DNA of 64,000 nucleotides from Saprospiraceae bacterium (GTDB lineage: Bacteria > Bacteroidota > Bacteroidia > Chitinophagales > Saprospiraceae): NCBI GenBank assembly GCA_017985675.1, contig JAGNXB010000001.1:364743-428742 (forward strand), given 5' to 3'. Below, piece after piece: positions 1 through 9,122 of this stretch; positions within the stretch are counted from its first letter, which is position 1; every line of letters starts with the position of its first letter. The notes under the pieces are model-generated. The model was not told the origin of the DNA. It made no database searches and saw only the letters and a program-made list of their open reading frames with translations. Made by a program: the position numbers and the translations under genes.

Positions 1-556
1 CATCCTGAGAGATATAGGGCGGATTGCTAATTACTAAATCTAATAAGGGCAAGGAATGCCAAGATGTGGGCTCTAGGCCATCCTTCAATGCAAAACGTAT
101 ATCTGCTTCATGTGTTTGTGCATTTTTCTTAGCAATTTCAAGAGCAGCTTGAGATATGTCCCATGCTATAATATCTGATAGAGAACAGGCAATTTTTACT
201 GAAATAGCTATACAACCACTGCCCGTTCCCAAGTCCAAAATGTGAACGGGATACGCCTTGGAGTTTAAAAATTTTAGGGCTAAATCGGTAAGTTCCTCCG
301 TTTCAGGCCTAGGTATCAATGTTGAAGGTGTTACTTCAAAAATGTGCCCGTAAAAATGTGTCTTTCCTGTGACGTACTGAACCGGTTGGCCCGACTTGAT
401 CCGTTTAATTACATCATCTATCACCAATTGGGATTGGGTGATTAGGTCTAAATCCTCTACTAGACTTCGAATTACTGCGGCCCGTTCACCAGATTGTGGT
501 ATTATCTCTTGGAAGGCTATCTCCAGGTACTTTTTTAAGCTGTTCCTGTCTTTCAT
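1..556 (-). CDS. prmC: Release-factor glutamine N5-methyltransferase (HemK/PrmC family), 3-prime partial (C-terminus beyond window edge)
   Basis: Not in the ORF track because it runs off the edge. My reverse-complement translation from the ATG at 556 gives MKDRNSLKKYLE...QYVTGKTHFYGHIFEVTPSTLIPRPETEEL...ILDLGTGSGCIAIS...LDLVISNPPYISQD. It has the GTGSG SAM loop and the NPPY catalytic motif. Confidence 0.8.
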   Translation of the reverse strand, partial: MKDRNSLKKYLEIAFQEIIPQSGERAAVIRSLVEDLDLITQSQLVIDDVIKRIKSGQPVQYVTGKTHFYGHIFEVTPSTLIPRPETEELTDLALKFLNSKAYPVHILDLGTGSGCIAISVKIACSLSDIIAWDISQAALEIAKKNAQTHEADIRFALKDGLEPTSWHSLPLLDLVISNPPYISQD

Positions 557-581
557 AAATGTGGCCTATTTAAAAGCACTT

Positions 582-1727
582 TTAGGAAAGCCGATTTTTG
601 AAATCATCATATGCAAATTTCCGGAGTACGACCGCTTTTCCTTCTTTTGTCCAAAGTCCAATAGATGGGTGTCTCACACCATTGAAGGTTGTGGTCTTGA
701 CCATTGTATAGTGAATCATATCTTCCAAAATCACCGGATCGCCAACATGCAATGGTTGATCAAATCCGTATTCTGTATGAAAGTCACCTGCAAGGCAACT
801 TGTGCCGCCAATCCGATAGTTGGGTCTCCCTATCTGAGGTTCACCTGCACCGCGGATGCCGGGCCGATAAGGCATCTCAAGGGTGTCGGGCATATGGGCG
901 GTAAAGGATACATCCAAAATAGCCGTTTTTACCCCTCGGTTTTCAACGATATCCACTACATGTGATAACAAATCGCCTGTCTGCCATGCTATAGCGCTGC
1001 CGGGCTCAAGTATTACTTTAACATCATGCTTGAGCCGAAATGCCTTTAACATTCCAATGAGGTGGTCAACATCATACCCTTTCCTGGTCATGAGATGTCC
1101 TCCTCCCATATTTACCCATTTTATCGCTGGTAAAAGGTGCCCAAATTTTTCTTCCAAATGTTGCAAAACAATCTCCAGTGCGTAGGAGTCTGATTCACAT
1201 AAAGTGTGAAAATGCAAGCCTTCAATACCATCAGGCAGACCATCGGTAAGATGTTCGGCAGTCATTCCCAGCCGTGAGAAGGGTGATGCAGGGTTGTAAA
1301 GATCTGTTTTTACGTCCGAATATTCCGGATTGACCCTCAGACCGCAGGAAATTTTTTCTTGACCTGAACGTGACTGAATTATGGCTTTAAACTGATTATA
1401 TTGGTTCAAACTATTAAAAGAAATGTGGCTACAATAACCTAAAAACTCATCCATTTCATCTGCAAAATAGACGGGTGAATAAGCATGCGCTTTGGCTTTC
1501 ATTTCTTCAAAACATAGTCGGGCTTCATTCAATGAGCTGGCGGTAGCACCAGGCAGATATTCCCTGATGATAGGGAAAACCTTCCACATTGCAAAAGCTT
1601 TGAATGCAAGAATAATTTCTACTCCTGCTTCCTGCTGTACCCTATTAATGATATCCAGATTCGTTCTAAGACGGGATTCATCAAGTATATAACACGGCGA
1701 TGGAAATTGACTGTAATCTATGCCCAT
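582..1727 (-). CDS. nspC: Carboxynorspermidine/carboxyspermidine decarboxylase
   Basis: 381-aa ORF. The N-terminus (PCYILDESRLRTNLDII...ILAFKAF) and overall length fit the NspC branch of alanine-racemase-fold PLP decarboxylases. It lies 3 nt downstream of a saccharopine-dehydrogenase-like gene, the usual partner. Confidence 0.85.
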   Translation of the reverse strand: MGIDYSQFPSPCYILDESRLRTNLDIINRVQQEAGVEIILAFKAFAMWKVFPIIREYLPGATASSLNEARLCFEEMKAKAHAYSPVYFADEMDEFLGYCSHISFNSLNQYNQFKAIIQSRSGQEKISCGLRVNPEYSDVKTDLYNPASPFSRLGMTAEHLTDGLPDGIEGLHFHTLCESDSYALEIVLQHLEEKFGHLLPAIKWVNMGGGHLMTRKGYDVDHLIGMLKAFRLKHDVKVILEPGSAIAWQTGDLLSHVVDIVENRGVKTAILDVSFTAHMPDTLEMPYRPGIRGAGEPQIGRPNYRIGGTSCLAGDFHTEYGFDQPLHVGDPVILEDMIHYTMVKTTTFNGVRHPSIGLWTKEGKAVVLRKFAYDDFKNRLS

Positions 1728-1730
1728 TAG

Positions 1731-2924
1731 TTACAACTCAAGATCAATATCAAAAGCTTCATGCCAAGGCAAACCGTCCAAATTGAGCCTTTCCATAAAT
1801 GGATCCGGATTGAATTCTTCTACATTAAAAACACCTGCGCGATTCCATAGGCCAGTCATCATCATTCGTGCTCCGATCATTGCCGGTACCCCAGTTGTGT
1901 ACGATACACCCTGTGCGCCAGTTTCCGCATAAGCGTCCTCATGTTTGCAATTATTCCAAATGTAATAGGTGCGCTCTTTCCCATCCTTTAAACCACGAAT
2001 CCGACATCCAATTGATGTTTCACCGGTATAATTTTCACCAAGTTCTCCAGGATCGGGAAGTACGGCTTTCAAAAATTCAAGCGGCACAATGTCAACACCT
2101 TTAAATTTTACTGGGGCTATGCCCGCCATGCCTATATTCTGGATAACTCTAAGATGGGTGAGATATTCATCACCAAATGTCATCCAGAAACGGGCCTGTT
2201 TTAGTGTTGGAAAGTTTTTTACGAGCGATTCTAATTCTTCATGATAGATCAAATATGATTTTTTAGGTCCAATGCCAGGATAGGTTAACATCTTTCCTAT
2301 TTCATGAGGTTTTGTTTCTACCCACTGGCCATCTTTCCAATATTTTCCATTTTGAGTGACCTCGCGAATATTGATTTCAGGATTGAAGTTCGTTGCGAAT
2401 GCTTTGCCATGATCACCTGCATTGCAGTCTACAATATCCAAATAGTGTATTTCATCAAAATGATGTTTGGCGGCATATGCGGTAAAGATACTTGTGACAC
2501 CTGGGTCAAAACCACATCCTAACAAAGCCATGATACCTGCATCTTTAAACTTGTCGTGCAGGTCCCATTGCCATTTGTATTCAAACTTAGCTTCGTCTTT
2601 AGGTTCATAATTAGCCGTGTCCAGATAAGCAACACCTGTCTGGAGGCAAGCATCCATTATTGTCAAATCCTGATAAGGTAAAGCGACATTCAATACTAAA
2701 TCAGGTTTGAAGCTCTTTATAAGTGCAACTAGCTCAGGTACATTATCAGCATCAACCTGGGCAGTTTGGACTCGGTTGTCTCCAATTGCCGCAGCTATTT
2801 GATCACATTTTGACTTGGTCCGACTAGCCAAAATGATTTCGGTGAAAATCTCAGGATGCTGAGCGCATTTTACAGTGACGACCCGCCCTACTCCACCTGC
2901 TCCGATAATTAGTACTTTACCCAT
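1731..2924 (-). CDS. Carboxynorspermidine synthase/dehydrogenase (saccharopine dehydrogenase family)
   Basis: Rossmann motif MGKVLIIGAGGVGRVV sits at the internal ATG (2924), which I prefer over the track start at 2996. The start codon was checked in the sequence (cat at 2922-2924). Family resemblance and adjacency to nspC support the call. Confidence 0.8.
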   Translation of the reverse strand: MGKVLIIGAGGVGRVVTVKCAQHPEIFTEIILASRTKSKCDQIAAAIGDNRVQTAQVDADNVPELVALIKSFKPDLVLNVALPYQDLTIMDACLQTGVAYLDTANYEPKDEAKFEYKWQWDLHDKFKDAGIMALLGCGFDPGVTSIFTAYAAKHHFDEIHYLDIVDCNAGDHGKAFATNFNPEINIREVTQNGKYWKDGQWVETKPHEIGKMLTYPGIGPKKSYLIYHEELESLVKNFPTLKQARFWMTFGDEYLTHLRVIQNIGMAGIAPVKFKGVDIVPLEFLKAVLPDPGELGENYTGETSIGCRIRGLKDGKERTYYIWNNCKHEDAYAETGAQGVSYTTGVPAMIGARMMMTGLWNRAGVFNVEEFNPDPFMERLNLDGLPWHEAFDIDLEL

Positions 2925-2976
2925 AACAAATATCATTTGTAAGGTCAAAAGTAGGGAAATTGGATAATTTCGCCCG

Positions 2977-4020
2977 ATGGATGAGAAACTTAACATTGAC
3001 GGAAGTCAGAAGGCATTCAACCCGAATGGCGTTGGACTCCGAAATGGCCATTTTATCGGCCTTCCTTTTAAAGAAGAGGATGCCCGAGTTGTAGTCATTT
3101 CTATTCCCTGGGATGTAACTGTTTCTTATGGAGCAGGTACGGCAGATGGACCTGATTCGATCCTTACCGCATCATGTCAGCTCGATCTGGAGGATGAAGC
3201 CATACCTAATGCCTGGCAAATCGGCTTATTCGTCAAACCGCCCTCAAAAACGATTAGAACAGCATCTGCCGATTTGCGCAGCTTGGCTGAGCCATATATA
3301 AATCTATTAGAGGAAGGAACAGATCCGGAGCTGATCTCAGATCAAATCATTCCTATCAATTTATCGTGCCAGGAACTTCATGAATCAGTTTATCATGAGG
3401 CAAAACGTTTACTGGGCAGTGGGAAAATTCCTGGCTTGTTAGGGGGAGACCACAGTACACCCTACGGGCTGATCAAAGCACTTTTAGAGCGTTATCCAGA
3501 TTTGGGAATCCTCCAAATTGATGCGCACATGGATCTTCGCCAAGCTTACGAAGGCTTTGAGTGGTCTCATGCATCCATATTTTATAATGTGATGCACCGG
3601 TTGCCAGTGAAAAAATTAGTTCAAGTGGGCATAAGAGATTTTTGCAAGGAGGAAGTTGATTTTGCCCATCATCACCAAGACCGGATTTCCTTTCATACGG
3701 ATAGAGCATTGCGTCGCTCCCTTTTCAAGGGTAGTTCTTTTGGAGAAATTTGTAAAAAAATAATAGCTCCACTACCTATGGAGGTATACATAAGCTTTGA
3801 TATTGATGGTCTGGATCCGTCACTCTGTCCCGGCACAGGTACTCCTGTACCAGGAGGGCTAAGTATTCAAGAAGCCTTTTATATCCTTGAGTTAGTAAAA
3901 GAAAGTGGTAGGAAAATAATCGGATTTGATTTGTGCGAAGTGGCCGGAAATAATAACTGGGATGCTAATGTAGGTGCAAGGGTGTTATATAAATTAGCTA
4001 ATCTTGCAGGATCACAATAA
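2977..4020 (+). CDS. speB: Arginase/ureohydrolase family protein, probable agmatinase
   Basis: Mn-binding ureohydrolase motifs are present (GGDHS, DAHMDLR, SFDIDGLDP). It is divergent from the polyamine genes. Substrate assignment is contextual. Confidence 0.7.
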   Translation: MDEKLNIDGSQKAFNPNGVGLRNGHFIGLPFKEEDARVVVISIPWDVTVSYGAGTADGPDSILTASCQLDLEDEAIPNAWQIGLFVKPPSKTIRTASADLRSLAEPYINLLEEGTDPELISDQIIPINLSCQELHESVYHEAKRLLGSGKIPGLLGGDHSTPYGLIKALLERYPDLGILQIDAHMDLRQAYEGFEWSHASIFYNVMHRLPVKKLVQVGIRDFCKEEVDFAHHHQDRISFHTDRALRRSLFKGSSFGEICKKIIAPLPMEVYISFDIDGLDPSLCPGTGTPVPGGLSIQEAFYILELVKESGRKIIGFDLCEVAGNNNWDANVGARVLYKLANLAGSQ

Positions 4021-4061
4021 CTTGAAAAACGACTTCCCTTTAAAAAACATAGTCATTGGCG

Positions 4062-5399
4062 CTATCTGTCAAAAAGCAGACGCATGCCAGGCGTGTTAGT
4101 CAGGATTTGGTCGTTTTTAAAAATACAGTTGCCATTCACCCAGGTTTGTTCAACCTTACCTTTCATGATCATGCCTTCAAGGGGGGACCATTGGCAGTGG
4201 TAAAGTAAATTTTCCTTTTCAACAGTCCATGATTTTTCCAGATCAAGTACGACTAAATCGGCCCAATATCCCTCATCCAGAAAACCTCTTTCCTGAATGT
4301 TAAAACAAATAGCGGGAGCATGGCACATTTTTTCCACTAATCGTTCTAAAGAAAATCTTCCTTGCTTAACCTGTTGTAGCATAAGTGGTAATGCGTGTTG
4401 TACTAATGGCAATCCTGAAGGAGCTTTAAGATAGTTTGCTTGTTTTTCTTCAAACGTATGCGGAGCATGGTCCGTTGCAATGATATCGATTCTGTCATCC
4501 AATACGGCTTTCCAGATGGCTTCTCGATCCGCATAGGATTTGATTGCCGGATTGCATTTAATCATAGCGCCCAGGCGAGCATAATCTTCATCACAAAAAT
4601 GAAGATGATGAACACAAGCTTCTGCTGTAATTTGTTTTTTGCCAAGTGGCAGATTATTGTCAAAGAGTAAAGTTTCGTCAGCAGTGCTTATATGCAGTAT
4701 GTGAAGCCGGGTTCCATGACTTTTAGCTAGATGGATTGCTGTGGATGATGATAAATAGCAGGCCTCCCGACTTCTGATCAATGGATGAGTTTCAAAAGGA
4801 ATAAGATCACCGTATTGTGATACATACGATTGCAGATTATGTCTAATAGTCGATTCATCTTCACAATGGGTAGCAATCAACATCGGGCACCTGGAGAATA
4901 AGTCTTCAAGTACGCGGAGATCATCCACTAACATGTTGCCTGTACTTGACCCCATGAAAATTTTGACACCACAGACAGTTTTGGGATCTGTAGCTAAAAC
5001 TTCCTCCAGGTTATCATTTGAAGTACCCATAAAAAAGGAGTAGTTCGCAGGAGAATCCTGTGCAGCAATCGCATATTTTTGTTCCAACAAAGTTTGAGTA
5101 AGTGCTGGTGGTGATGTATTAGGCATTTCCATGTAGGAAGTCACCCCACCAGCAATAGCGGCTCTTGATTCGGTGTAAATTCGACCTTTATGTGTTAAAC
5201 CCGGCTCTCTGAAATGTACCTGATCATCAATTATTCCAGGTAAAAGGTATTTGCCATCCAGGTTAATTTCTTCCGTACCAGGTGGTACTTTAAGTTCACT
5301 CCCAATACGTTGTATCCGACCATCCGCTACAAAAAGATCTGCGTTTAGAATTTGGCCACGATTGACAAGATGTCCATTTCGAAAAACAACATTTTTCAT
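4062..5399 (-). CDS. pyrC: Dihydroorotase-like cyclic amidohydrolase
   Basis: Amidohydrolase metal motif DDQVHFREPG, and later ATDHAPH. Start moved to the ATG at 5399 (MKNVVFRNG...), checked in the sequence. An allantoinase/hydantoinase relative cannot be excluded. Confidence 0.7.
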   Translation of the reverse strand: MKNVVFRNGHLVNRGQILNADLFVADGRIQRIGSELKVPPGTEEINLDGKYLLPGIIDDQVHFREPGLTHKGRIYTESRAAIAGGVTSYMEMPNTSPPALTQTLLEQKYAIAAQDSPANYSFFMGTSNDNLEEVLATDPKTVCGVKIFMGSSTGNMLVDDLRVLEDLFSRCPMLIATHCEDESTIRHNLQSYVSQYGDLIPFETHPLIRSREACYLSSSTAIHLAKSHGTRLHILHISTADETLLFDNNLPLGKKQITAEACVHHLHFCDEDYARLGAMIKCNPAIKSYADREAIWKAVLDDRIDIIATDHAPHTFEEKQANYLKAPSGLPLVQHALPLMLQQVKQGRFSLERLVEKMCHAPAICFNIQERGFLDEGYWADLVVLDLEKSWTVEKENLLYHCQWSPLEGMIMKGKVEQTWVNGNCIFKNDQILTNTPGMRLLFDR

Positions 5400-5475
5400 A
5401 TGATTTGCTTGGACTACAAACATAAAGCATGTGGTACTGCCTTAGTTAACCTAAGAGGGATTAATTTTGCAACAA

Positions 5476-6633
5476 ATGAAAACTGTGAAGGATTTTCTCA
5501 GGCAAAAAATAGGCATTTTAGGTGGTGGCCAGTTGGGCAAAATGCTTTGCCAATCAGGCTCTCGTTGGGGCTTAGATATGCATGTTCTGGATCATGACCC
5601 AACATTTCCTGCAGGACAAGTGAATCCACATTTTGTGATTGGAGATTTTAATAATGAAGAGGATGTTTTTTCATTTGGTATAGACAAGGATGTTATTACA
5701 ATCGAGATTGAGCATGTTGCCGTTTCCGCTTTAGAACGTTTACAGCAGGAAGGTGTAGCAGTTTATCCTGATCCGTCTGTATTGCGAATTATCCAGGATA
5801 AAGGAGAGCAAAAGCAGTTTTTTACTCGACATGGTCTACCTACCTCACCTTTTCGGCTGTATCCGGATAAACAGGCCATTATTGAGGCTATTGCTAATGG
5901 TTCTGAATTGCTTCCTTTTGTTCAAAAGACTCGAACTGCTGGTTATGATGGTAGAGGGGTTGCGGTCATCTATGCTCAGAATGAATTAGAAAAGCTATTG
6001 GAGGGGCCTTCTATTATAGAGGATTTGATCACTATGCAACGAGAAGTGGCGGTGATTGTTGCCCGTGATGTTAAAGGGGGCATCCGCGCTTTTCCGGCAG
6101 TTGAAATGCGTTTCAATATGGATGCTAACCTGGTAGAAATGTTGCTGTGTCCGGCTAATTTAACGCCAGCACAGGAAGAAGAGGCACAGGCTTTAGCGAT
6201 TGAGGTAGCGTCCATTTTTCAGACAGTGGGTCTCTTAGCTGTTGAAATGTTTCAGACACCTGATGGCCACTTTTTAGTCAATGAAGTTGCACCCAGGCCT
6301 CATAATAGTGGGCATCACACCATTGAATGTTGTGATATTTCGCAATATGATCAGCACCTTCGGGCTATTACTGGTCTGCCATTGGGCGAACCAATATTGA
6401 ATAGACCCGGTGTTATGATCAATATTCTTGGCGAACCTGGTTATGCTGGAGCGCCGATATACAGCGGTTGGGAGGCCTGTTTGCAAATTCCGGGGGTTCA
6501 TATGCATTTGTATGGTAAGTCTGAGACCCGTCCTTATCGAAAAATGGGCCATGTGACTATTACATCCGATACCTTAGAGGAAGCAATTCAGAAGGCCGAA
6601 AGAGTCCAAAACACACTTAAAGTTATTGCATGA
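5476..6633 (+). CDS. purK: N5-carboxyaminoimidazole ribonucleotide synthase
   Basis: ATP-grasp protein with N-terminal IGILGGGQLGKM. The ATG at 5476 is preferred over the TTG at 5467. Its stop overlaps the purE start (ATGA). Confidence 0.9.
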   Translation: MKTVKDFLRQKIGILGGGQLGKMLCQSGSRWGLDMHVLDHDPTFPAGQVNPHFVIGDFNNEEDVFSFGIDKDVITIEIEHVAVSALERLQQEGVAVYPDPSVLRIIQDKGEQKQFFTRHGLPTSPFRLYPDKQAIIEAIANGSELLPFVQKTRTAGYDGRGVAVIYAQNELEKLLEGPSIIEDLITMQREVAVIVARDVKGGIRAFPAVEMRFNMDANLVEMLLCPANLTPAQEEEAQALAIEVASIFQTVGLLAVEMFQTPDGHFLVNEVAPRPHNSGHHTIECCDISQYDQHLRAITGLPLGEPILNRPGVMINILGEPGYAGAPIYSGWEACLQIPGVHMHLYGKSETRPYRKMGHVTITSDTLEEAIQKAERVQNTLKVIA

Positions 6634-7151
6634 ATAGACCTTTGGTAAGTATAATAATGGGTTCCGATTCTGACCTTCCCATAATGTCAGAAGCAGCGAT
6701 ATTTTTCGAGCGAATGGATGTAGCTTTTGAGCTAACAATTGTCTCAGCACATCGCACACCTTTACGATTGGTGCAATTTGCTCAAAATGCCCACTTGCGG
6801 GGAATCAAAGTGATCATAGCTGGTGCTGGTGGTGCTGCACATTTGCCTGGAATGGTAGCAGCCCTTTCTCCATTGCCTGTAATTGGTGTACCCATTAAGT
6901 CTTCTAATTCAATCGATGGATGGGATTCAGTGCTTTCGATACTTCAAATGCCTAATGGTGTACCAGTGGCAACTGTTGCATTGAATGCAGCTCAAAATGC
7001 TGGAATCCTTGCTACACAGATTCTTGCCTGCGCTGATCTTAATTTGCTTGCTAAAATACAATCCTTCAAAGAAAAGCTAGCTAATCAGGTGGAAATCAAA
7101 GTACAAAAATTGGAAGAGGAAGGGTTCCATTCGTATTTGAAGCAGAAATAA
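6630..7151 (+). CDS. purE: N5-carboxyaminoimidazole ribonucleotide mutase
   Basis: IIMGSDSDLPIM, SAHRTP and AGGAAHLPGM are hallmark PurE motifs. It is translationally coupled to purK. Confidence 0.92.
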   Translation: MNRPLVSIIMGSDSDLPIMSEAAIFFERMDVAFELTIVSAHRTPLRLVQFAQNAHLRGIKVIIAGAGGAAHLPGMVAALSPLPVIGVPIKSSNSIDGWDSVLSILQMPNGVPVATVALNAAQNAGILATQILACADLNLLAKIQSFKEKLANQVEIKVQKLEEEGFHSYLKQK

Positions 7152-7266
7152 ACTACTGCGAAATCTGAAGCCTCCTTGATTAATAACAAATTTCCATATC
7201 AACGAATTTGCGCAAATTTTTTACCATTTGAAAGGTAGCAAATTCCAATTACTTTTTTGACAAGTG

Positions 7267-7301
7267 TTAAGGGGATACCAATTTAATTGGTATCCCCTTA
7301 A
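7267..7301. terminator. Bidirectional intrinsic terminator hairpin between purE (+) and ompA-like gene (-)
   Basis: Near-perfect inverted repeat TTAAGGGGATACCAA / TTGGTATCCCCTTAA (7267-7281 / 7287-7301). It sits between convergent gene ends, with T/A-rich flanks. Confidence 0.6.
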
Positions 7302-7343
7302 GCTGTTGCTCAAAAATAAATAGTTGGGCTCTACTCATTTTAC

Positions 7344-8963
7344 CTACTTTAGGTACATGATAAATTCCACACGACGGTTCAAACTTTTTCCAGTCTCCGA
7401 TTTATTACTTGTCAAAGGTTTGGCATCACCAAAACCTGAATGAATCATTCGACGAGCAGATACGCCTCTGGAAATCAAGTAATTATAACATGCCTTAGCT
7501 CTCTGTTCAGATAATAGCAAATTAGACTGTGACCGACCGACATTATCGGTATGCCCGTTTATAATTAAATGGTAATCACCATATTTGAGCATAATTTCCG
7601 AAATACGGTCCAGTGTGCGATAGGAATCAGGAAGAATTGTAGCTGATCCGGTTTCAAACTGGACACTGCGCATCGCTAAGTCAAGTACCGAACGATCATC
7701 AGCTGATATTACCGGACACCCATCGTTACTAACAGGTCCTTTTGTATTAGGACATCGATCGATATAATTTGGGACTCCATCGCCATCATTATCTGACGTG
7801 CGATCCAAAGTATCTTCTACATCAGCAGGCACCTGAACTTTTGGTGCTTCTTGGATTTGATCAGGTAATGATGAAGGAGGTGGGCAACCATTATAGGCCT
7901 CAAGACCTGCAACAACAGGACAGGCATCCATCCGATCTGGAATGCCATCTTGATCTCTATCCATTTCCTTTTGTTCTGGTTTTTCTTCTGTAACAGGAGG
8001 TGGACAACCACCAAATTCTGCAGTACCTGCTACATCAGGACATTTGTCCAGAAGATCAATGATCCCATCATGGTCTGAATCTGGACATCCTTCCATATCA
8101 GCAGCGCCTACAATTTCTGGACATTTATCATCCTTGTCAGGTATACCGTCACCATCCAAATCAGGGCACCCTTTGAGTGTAGCAAGTCCAAAGACTTCGG
8201 GGCAAGCGTCGTCTTTATCAGCAATCCCGTCGTTATCGGTATCAGGACAGCCTTTGGTGGCTATAGAACCTGCAATTTCCGGGCATTCGTCCATGTGATC
8301 TGCTATCCCATCACTATCTTGGTCAGGACATCCTTTGCAAGGAATTGTGCCAGGAACTGTGGGACAAAGATCTTCAGTATCCAATATCCCATCTCCATCT
8401 GTATCTTTTGGAAGTTCTTTTTTCCGTAGACCTGGTACATACATAAATCCTAGGCCGTATTGCAGGTTATCCTTTCCTTCCGCCATGGATACCCGGTATT
8501 CTGCCTGAAAATTGAGATAGAAGTCTCTTGTCAGTCGAATATGTGTACCAAGGCCCATTGGAAATTGGATATTGGATTCTTTGTAGTTTTCCATTACATA
8601 CCCGCCACCTGCAAAAATATATGGGGATATTGCTTTGTCCGGATCAAATAAAACGCCTTGTATAAGCAAATCAGCGCTGGCAAACCGGACATCGGTGGTT
8701 TGATTCGGAAATTTTGCCACGGCTAATTTTACCGGGATTACTGCGTTAAGATATTTTAAACCCAAATTTCTATAATAACTTAACTCTATACCATTACTAA
8801 TCTGCTGAGATTCTGCTATATCAGCGATATTAGGTGTGTAGTGATCTAGAAAAAGAAATCGAGCACCAACACCATCCGGGTACATTGGTGTTTGAGATAA
8901 AACAGGTGTCGAGAATATCCCTGCCAGAAATAGCACTAAGGGCCAACTTTGCTGTCGGATCAT
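7344..8963 (-). CDS. OmpA-family outer membrane protein with thrombospondin type-3 (TSP3) Ca-binding repeats
   Basis: Signal peptide from the internal ATG at 8963 (MIRQQSWPLVLFLAGIFSTPVLSQ). Seven DxDxDGxxDxxDxCP repeats. C-terminal OmpA peptidoglycan-binding domain (NGHTDNVG...LSEQRA...NRRVEF). Confidence 0.85.
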   Translation of the reverse strand: MIRQQSWPLVLFLAGIFSTPVLSQTPMYPDGVGARFLFLDHYTPNIADIAESQQISNGIELSYYRNLGLKYLNAVIPVKLAVAKFPNQTTDVRFASADLLIQGVLFDPDKAISPYIFAGGGYVMENYKESNIQFPMGLGTHIRLTRDFYLNFQAEYRVSMAEGKDNLQYGLGFMYVPGLRKKELPKDTDGDGILDTEDLCPTVPGTIPCKGCPDQDSDGIADHMDECPEIAGSIATKGCPDTDNDGIADKDDACPEVFGLATLKGCPDLDGDGIPDKDDKCPEIVGAADMEGCPDSDHDGIIDLLDKCPDVAGTAEFGGCPPPVTEEKPEQKEMDRDQDGIPDRMDACPVVAGLEAYNGCPPPSSLPDQIQEAPKVQVPADVEDTLDRTSDNDGDGVPNYIDRCPNTKGPVSNDGCPVISADDRSVLDLAMRSVQFETGSATILPDSYRTLDRISEIMLKYGDYHLIINGHTDNVGRSQSNLLLSEQRAKACYNYLISRGVSARRMIHSGFGDAKPLTSNKSETGKSLNRRVEFIMYLK

Positions 8964-9122
8964 GAAATCGGTTTTAGAATAGTACAAAGATAGTAGAAAA
9001 TCAACCGGACTCAAAGGGAACAATTAGGCCCCGAATATATGATTTTTTAATGCGATAAGTTCAATGTATGCTTCCAAAAGCCAACCCAGATGGAATTCGG
9101 TTAGGCATATAAAGCCACTTTC

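Noticed and set aside
396-965. Long ORFs antisense to or overlapping well-supported genes. Examples: 396..965, 883..1185, 12565..12942, 22062..22550, 29918..30511, 30690..31129, 43083..43601, 47687..48058, 59818..60159.
   Set aside because: Each lies entirely within or opposite a CDS with clear family motifs, has no recognisable motifs of its own and often starts at a non-ATG codon. They are typical shadow ORFs.
7205-7218. A 14-bp perfect palindrome AATTTGCGCAAATT followed by a T-run downstream of purE. It could be a terminator or an operator.
   Set aside because: As RNA it gives only a 5-bp A-U stem around a GCGC loop, which is too weak. The much stronger hairpin at 7267-7301 is the likelier terminator. 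An operator role cannot be assessed from a single site.
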